Positions 58,955 through 64,000 of a stretch of DNA of 64,000 nucleotides are shown one piece after another (within the stretch, counting starts at the first letter, position 1; each line of letters starts with the position of its first letter). Source of the stretch: an uncultured virus (IMG/VR IMGVR_UViG_3300001765_000140) (lineage: Duplodnaviria > Heunggongvirae > Uroviricota > Caudoviricetes); IMG/VR virus record IMGVR_UViG_3300001765_000140, one strand, 5' to 3'. A program made the position numbers and the translations under genes. The notes under the pieces are model-generated. The model was not told where the DNA came from. It saw only the letters and a list, made by a program, of their open reading frames with translations, and did not search any database.

Positions 58955-59257
58955 TTAAATATTTCCCAAACGTAAATTGAATTCTGTTACAAGTGATCGA
59001 GATTTCCCTGTAATCACATGTTGCCTGCTGATTCCTGGCTTGCGGTCTCTTGCTATTTTTACCCATCCGCCTGCAACTAGACGCCTCATTGCGTCAATCA
59101 TTGTTGGCTTAGAAGCCGGAACATGCATCATCACTGCATACTGTGTGAACATTGGATTCTCAGAGCCCCAAAGAATGATGTCCACTTCATACTTTTTAAG
59201 GCTGTTCTTGTCGGCAAATTCGCTGACCAACTGCTGAAAGCTTCCTATCTTAATCAT
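58955..59257 (-). CDS. Winged-helix DNA-binding protein
   Basis: SKPTMIDAMRRLVAGGWV...HVITGKSR, MarR-like wHTH. Confidence 0.6.
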   Translation of the reverse strand: MIKIGSFQQLVSEFADKNSLKKYEVDIILWGSENPMFTQYAVMMHVPASKPTMIDAMRRLVAGGWVKIARDRKPGISRQHVITGKSRSLVTEFNLRLGNI

Positions 59258-59873
59258 TGAAATTCCCTTCAACAAAATCACTTATACTAAGTGTGGACTC
59301 ATTATAGAGTAATAAAAGAGCTATCAACTCCTTCTTATCAGCAGGATATTTTTTGATCTCTACTATCTCTGCCCATACTCCGCTCTTGTAAATCGCACCA
59401 CCATATCCATCGGTAAGATAACTACGATCACTACCATAGTGATAACGCATTTTAGTAAAGTCGCCCACCTGCTTAATCTTACCATCATTAAGATACTTAG
59501 TACCTGTTTTATAACCCTTGTGTTCTGCAATTTCAAGAAGATATGTTGACATGTCTGCTATTTTCATGAACGCATTTTCTCTAGAGAATACAAACACATT
59601 TGCTCCCTGACCTACAATGACGGCATTTCTATAGGTTTCTATTGACCTAAACGCCAACACTACGAATGGAATATCTCTCTCCGGATATGCTCCCGATTTA
59701 AACCCCTCGAAATTTTTTCCATATGTATGTGTGGTACATACAGCGCCTTCATTAACACACAGTACATAGTCTCCAACAGAGTAGTTTCCGCATGAGTTTT
59801 TAACTGAACATACTTCCTTTTTTTCATACAATATACCGTCTACCTCAATGTAGTTTTTTTCAATTTTTCGCAT
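59250..59873 (-). CDS. Hypothetical protein
   Basis: 207 aa ORF. Confidence 0.6.
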   Translation of the reverse strand: MRKIEKNYIEVDGILYEKKEVCSVKNSCGNYSVGDYVLCVNEGAVCTTHTYGKNFEGFKSGAYPERDIPFVVLAFRSIETYRNAVIVGQGANVFVFSRENAFMKIADMSTYLLEIAEHKGYKTGTKYLNDGKIKQVGDFTKMRYHYGSDRSYLTDGYGGAIYKSGVWAEIVEIKKYPADKKELIALLLLYNESTLSISDFVEGNFND

Positions 59874-59888
59874 TTTATTTTTATTAAA

Positions 59889-60812
59889 TTATTTACTATA
59901 AATTCCATCAATATAAACCACTTTTCTTTCCGGAGTCAATCGGCTATAAATACAGCCTGTAAGCAGAGGGCACTTCTTGCATCTTTTCATGTTTGGCTTA
60001 GGAATGAATCCTTTTTCCATACACTGATTAATGCCGATAAGAGTGGATTCAATAAGCTTCTCTATTTCAGCCATTGCATAGTCAAAATCATAGAGATTGA
60101 CCTGCCAAAACTCGTAATCTACATCGTTAGTAGTTGAATGAATGAGGAAGTAAAACGGCATGTCTCTTACCCCAAGAACCTTCAACGCTAGGTATTTGTA
60201 GAAAACAACCTGAATGGTTAGCTTATTACGGAGATTAAATGAGTTTTCTTCCCATCCGTATTCTTCCCACTGATTACCAATAAGCCCTGATGATTTGATG
60301 TCCACTATACATGGTTCACCTTTGATTGTTCCGAAGATATCCAAGACACCCTTAACCCGATAATTCATTTCCGGATAGTTTAGCTGCAACACCTTACCTG
60401 TCTCATATATTTCCAATCCTTCTGTTTGCGCTAGAAGTTTGAAGTTAGCAGCCTGCTGCTCCATTCGTTTTGCTTCTGCTGTAGGTTTTCCGGTGGAAGT
60501 CTGAGGCATTGGCGGCGTGCTACCATCCCTGTTAAGAGCTCCTGTGCATAAATACTCGAAATATTGTCCAAGTAACATGCGGTCAGAAGGAATGGATGGA
60601 ACTCGTCTAGTAACATCCGTATCGCGCAATACAATGCCGCAATAAGAACTATCACTATAGTCCCACCATTTCTTAATGAGAGAGGCGGAGATACTGATCT
60701 CTATTTTATCAGCACTCTCCAACCCTAACATTTCGCTTATATCCTGATTACTCAGTTGCTGCTCCGGCATCTGTTGATTTTTTATCAGCCTTTGGGGCTT
60801 TGTATTTTCCAC
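59889..60812 (-). CDS. PD-(D/E)XK exonuclease (RecE/Cas4-like); true start may be ~60770
   Basis: ISASLIK, KGVLDIF, IVDIKSSG, QVVFY, C-terminal CKKCPLLTGC. Confidence 0.8.
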   Translation of the reverse strand: MENTKPQRLIKNQQMPEQQLSNQDISEMLGLESADKIEISISASLIKKWWDYSDSSYCGIVLRDTDVTRRVPSIPSDRMLLGQYFEYLCTGALNRDGSTPPMPQTSTGKPTAEAKRMEQQAANFKLLAQTEGLEIYETGKVLQLNYPEMNYRVKGVLDIFGTIKGEPCIVDIKSSGLIGNQWEEYGWEENSFNLRNKLTIQVVFYKYLALKVLGVRDMPFYFLIHSTTNDVDYEFWQVNLYDFDYAMAEIEKLIESTLIGINQCMEKGFIPKPNMKRCKKCPLLTGCIYSRLTPERKVVYIDGIYSK

Positions 60813-61419
60813 CCATCTTAATTACAGCAGCCTTGAAGTCAGAGTCTGTCTGAAAATCTGAGTTAGAAGTCCATAGTGCGGTTACGCTAGCCAAGTCCTT
60901 GCAGGCATTTACGCTTGCAACAAGAGTTTTTACTGCATCAGCACGCTTATCAGCAGCAGCGGCGGGAGTCTCGTTCTTTTCCTGAAACGCATCCGGATCG
61001 TCTTTGTCGGTAGGAATATTGAACTGCTTAAGAACAAAATACTTTTCAGCATAAGTCATAGCCTTTCCAACACCCTTTTCTCCGGCAATGTCAACACCCT
61101 GACCATACCAAGGAAGTTCAAGAGTTTGTCCGGTCTCTGTATCAATCCATGTGAATGTAATCCAAAGTTCGGTGAAGTAGGTGATACGCTTTTTCTTTTC
61201 ATCGCCCTCTTCATGAATAATCAGATTGGAGTTAGTCACCTTGGCTGTCAGAATAAGACCAACCTCATTCATCTTTTCCCTGACAGAAGTCAGAACCTGA
61301 GACGAAGAGGTGTATTTATACTGTGCGCCTTGTGCTACTTTTTGGAGGTAAGCTACTGCTTTTTTAACCTCAAGCAACTTTTTGAACAGGGAATTGCTAT
61401 CCTGTTTTGTTTCTGCCAT
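60748..61419 (-). CDS. erf: ERF-family ssDNA annealing protein
   Basis: YKYTS...GVDIAGEKGVGKAMTYAEKYFVLKQFNIPTDKDDPD. Confidence 0.88.
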   Translation of the reverse strand: MAETKQDSNSLFKKLLEVKKAVAYLQKVAQGAQYKYTSSSQVLTSVREKMNEVGLILTAKVTNSNLIIHEEGDEKKKRITYFTELWITFTWIDTETGQTLELPWYGQGVDIAGEKGVGKAMTYAEKYFVLKQFNIPTDKDDPDAFQEKNETPAAAADKRADAVKTLVASVNACKDLASVTALWTSNSDFQTDSDFKAAVIKMGGKYKAPKADKKSTDAGAATE

Positions 61420-61456
61420 ACATGTAGATTTAAATGAATAAAATTGAAATAGAATA

Positions 61457-61488
61457 CAAAGATAAGTAAAATTTATGACATATGCAAA
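61457..61488 (-). promoter_or_regulatory. Bacteroidota-type promoter of recombination/replication operon
   Basis: Reverse complement TTTG ... TATCTTTG. Confidence 0.7.
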
Positions 61489-61503
61489 TATTTACTCAGT
61501 TAT

Positions 61504-61764
61504 CTAGGGTTTAAAAGCACTAGCGTCATGCCAAATAGTTTTGACACCTTTGACAATGTACTTAGTAGCAACATTCTTAGCATGCGAGTTAGAAAGTCTA
61601 CCCACCACAATAATATCGGTAGCTATAGATTGCCTAAACATGGTATTGTGAGATTTAAGAGCTCCACGCATTAAGCGTCTTACTGATTTGCCGGAAATAT
61701 AACTTCCGCTCTGCTCTTTCATTTTACCTACAAACGGTTTGTTTGGATTCATAGTTTTTGCCAT
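61504..61764 (-). CDS. Hypothetical basic protein
   Basis: 86 aa ORF. Confidence 0.55.
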   Translation of the reverse strand: MAKTMNPNKPFVGKMKEQSGSYISGKSVRRLMRGALKSHNTMFRQSIATDIIVVGRLSNSHAKNVATKYIVKGVKTIWHDASAFKP

Positions 61765-61776
61765 AGTAATAATAAT

Positions 61777-61926
61777 TTATTGTTTACAAACTTTATTAAT
61801 AAAATCAATTTCATCCTGTGATAAATGCGACTTCTCAAATTGCTCAATAGCCTGCGCATCCGAACTGTCATCGTCTATAATGATATCATCTGCTATGATG
61901 ACGTCATCGTTATTTAGCATGCTCAT
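61777..61926 (-). CDS. Small acidic protein (49 aa)
   Basis: MSMLNNDDVIIADDIIIDDDSSDAQAIEQFEKSHLSQDEIDFINKVCKQ. Confidence 0.5.
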   Translation of the reverse strand: MSMLNNDDVIIADDIIIDDDSSDAQAIEQFEKSHLSQDEIDFINKVCKQ

Positions 61927-62063
61927 TATCTGTCTTCCTCAATGCCTTAAGTTTATCTTTATATTTAAATGTTAATTGATAGGATATTTGTTGAGCCTCA
62001 ATTTCTTGCGGAAAGAATTCCTCCGGAAGATTCTGATTAACTTTGCGTCCCTTAAACCAAACA

Positions 62064-62951
62064 TCATTCTTTTGGTATAAAGTTTAAAATCCAAGCTACT
62101 ACTTTGGTTGTGAAACCATTTCCGATCATCTTATAACGCTGAGTTTCGCTTATGCCATCCACATCAGTCCATCCGGTAGGCAATGTCTGCAGTCTCTCGC
62201 ATTCCCATGGAGTTAATCTTCTACCAAGTTGCTCAATCACACCATACGGAACTCCCTTCCACATGTTTGCGGTAAGCGGTGACGATTTGTGATCAAGTTT
62301 ATTCGGCATAAAATTCCATCTAGACTTGCCACCTAATCCTATCCGGCTCATATAAGCTATTGCCTTCTCAGATAGGAAGTATCGAGTTGCATTCGATATC
62401 GGATCGCATTCATTCATGATCACATCCATCAGAACTTCGGCATTAAAATCAGGTAATTGCAGCATATCGACAGGAATGTTTGTCCAATACAGGCGATCTC
62501 GGTTCTGTGCTGAGAACAGATTTGAGTTGATCCTGATGGGCTGACATCCCATAGCTTCGGACATTTTATCCCTGTCGGATATGCGCATGGAAGCAACATT
62601 CTCCAATAAAAAGTACTTGAAATTTCCCTCATTCTTAATCCGGACGTATTCGTAAAACAATGATGACTGATCGCCTTTAAGCCCCTGACCATTGCCTGCA
62701 GAACTAAGGTTGGTGCATGGAGAGCCGCCGATAAGCAGATCAAACTGATCAAACTGATATCCACTAACAAGCCTAACATCACCCATGTTTCTATAAAACG
62801 GCACTCTTTCGTCAGCAACATCGCTTGCATAAGGATCGATTTCCGATGCATAGTATTCAATACTGCGACCCTCAGTAAGACCTGCCTTGCGTAGCGCATC
62901 ATAAGTCATTGCGCAGCCATCAAATAAACTAAGAACTCTGAAATTTTTCAT
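62064..62951 (-). CDS. C5-cytosine DNA methyltransferase
   Basis: LSLFDG, GGSPC, LLENV, QNRDRLYW, RLTPWECERLQ, IGNG motifs. Confidence 0.93.
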   Translation of the reverse strand: MKNFRVLSLFDGCAMTYDALRKAGLTEGRSIEYYASEIDPYASDVADERVPFYRNMGDVRLVSGYQFDQFDLLIGGSPCTNLSSAGNGQGLKGDQSSLFYEYVRIKNEGNFKYFLLENVASMRISDRDKMSEAMGCQPIRINSNLFSAQNRDRLYWTNIPVDMLQLPDFNAEVLMDVIMNECDPISNATRYFLSEKAIAYMSRIGLGGKSRWNFMPNKLDHKSSPLTANMWKGVPYGVIEQLGRRLTPWECERLQTLPTGWTDVDGISETQRYKMIGNGFTTKVVAWILNFIPKE

Positions 62952-62970
62952 TGTCGTGTAAATTTATTGG

Positions 62971-63717
62971 TTATTCAAATTCAGAAAATATTACATTGTA
63001 CTCCGGATTAGGAGCAATATGATCTATTAGGAATGTATGAACCTTTTTGAGAGAGTCCATGCGTCTCACCGGAGGAGCGTTTTTAAGGGCATAGGTGAGG
63101 TGATTGTACAGCGACCATATTGTGCGAGCCTTAAATGAATCAAAGCTCGGAGAACGAAGCTCAGCTATAGCAGCGTTCAATTCTACGCCTGAAATCAACT
63201 CGTGTTCAACATATATTCTCCCAAGCAGTTCCGACTCCGACCTAAGATCGGTATGAAATCTCTGCATGAGGCGAGTATCGTTGATAGCTTTCTGAAATGC
63301 TCCCTCAATAGATTCAACAGCTACTTTGATCAGATTCTTAAGATCAGCACCTATGCCTGAGGTATGTTTCCGGTATGAGAATATTTCACCCACAACCATT
63401 CCATTGCCACAAACAAATACATGAGCACCGCTAACCAATTTGATAGGCAGGTGTTTGTTATAGCTGTTCATATAGGCAAACATCTGACAAAACGGCAAAC
63501 TATCATCAGTGCCTTCCTTGTACAACTTCATATGCCCAACAATCTCATCACCATCCCTTGCTTCGGTAACGTGATTAGTTAATACTGAATAACCCTGAGC
63601 ATTCAGTTCGGCAATAATAGCCGTAATCAAGTCCATGTGAGGAATTGGACAGTAAGATTTCGTAGTAGCAGGCACGAGTGCGCTGTCAGACCAATGTAAA
63701 CCGCGTGATTTTTTCAT
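62971..63717 (-). CDS. DUF932/DUF945-like protein
   Basis: YCPIPH, NSYNK...GAHVFVCGNG...RKHT, TIWSLYNHLT; likely start MKKSRG at 63717. Confidence 0.7.
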   Translation of the reverse strand: MKKSRGLHWSDSALVPATTKSYCPIPHMDLITAIIAELNAQGYSVLTNHVTEARDGDEIVGHMKLYKEGTDDSLPFCQMFAYMNSYNKHLPIKLVSGAHVFVCGNGMVVGEIFSYRKHTSGIGADLKNLIKVAVESIEGAFQKAINDTRLMQRFHTDLRSESELLGRIYVEHELISGVELNAAIAELRSPSFDSFKARTIWSLYNHLTYALKNAPPVRRMDSLKKVHTFLIDHIAPNPEYNVIFSEFE

Positions 63718-63721
63718 AGTG

Positions 63722-63754
63722 CAAATGTATAACAAATTAATTGATTAATCCAAA
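63722..63754 (-). promoter_or_regulatory. Bacteroidota-type promoter
   Basis: Reverse complement TTTG ... TACATTTG. Confidence 0.65.
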
Positions 63755-63809
63755 TTATTTCAAAATAAAATCAGGGCATAGCATTAAAACCACGCCCTAA
63801 TTATCATGC

Positions 63810-63998
63810 TTAAGCCTGAGATTTGTATGCATCATAGATAGCTTTCGCCTCTCTAAGCCCAAGACCTGTGCGATCTTTGATATGCTTAACGGCTTCAAGA
63901 TTTCTACCGCTAGCCATCATCATTTTCTCTTCCTGAGTTATGAGGGTGGACGCTGCATCATTAAGCATTACGGCAAACGCTTCAATATCTCCTTTTAC
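63810..63998 (-). CDS. Partial protein with ribosomal protein bL12 C-terminal-like motif (5' end outside window)
   Basis: ...GRNLEAVKHIKDRTGLGLREAKAIYDAYKSQA*. Confidence 0.7.
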   Translation of the reverse strand, partial: VKGDIEAFAVMLNDAASTLITQEEKMMMASGRNLEAVKHIKDRTGLGLREAKAIYDAYKSQA

Positions 63999-64000
63999 GA

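Noticed and set aside
59889..60812. Cas4-like protein as evidence of CRISPR-Cas
   Set aside because: It is a stand-alone exonuclease paired with ERF, a standard phage recombination module.

Overview
About 64 kb of a large, AT-rich tailed dsDNA phage genome, read in the standard genetic code. It most likely infects Bacteroidota, since TTTG-N19/21-TAnnTTTG promoters precede most operons. The + strand (1-47.7 kb) carries a tRNA region (20 tRNA genes and several non-tRNA structured RNAs), putative fibre/lectin (LamG) proteins, a dNMP kinase, a RepL-like protein, GroEL/GroES, a crAss-like virion module (terminase, portal, scaffold, major capsid, ring proteins, tail stabilisation protein, cargo proteins) and lysis genes. 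The - strand (47.7-64 kb) carries early/replication genes: class II RNR, MazG-like, primase-helicase, replication initiator, SSB-like, exonuclease + ERF, C5 methyltransferase and a bL12-like domain. The main finding is an unannotated 32-codon leader ORF (533-631) coupled to a terminator/antiterminator directly upstream of a 19-tRNA array. The leader peptide contains exactly the 16 amino acids served by the downstream tRNAs and none of the 4 (A, E, L, Q) that are not. This suggests a ribosome-stalling attenuator that senses loss of any of these tRNAs and switches on a phage tRNA rescue operon. The operon also holds a circularly permuted, anticodon-less tRNA mimic and other unexplained structured RNAs. 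Product calls come from motif recognition by eye, with no database searches. The scaffold has two N gaps and several apparent frameshifts that may be assembly errors.
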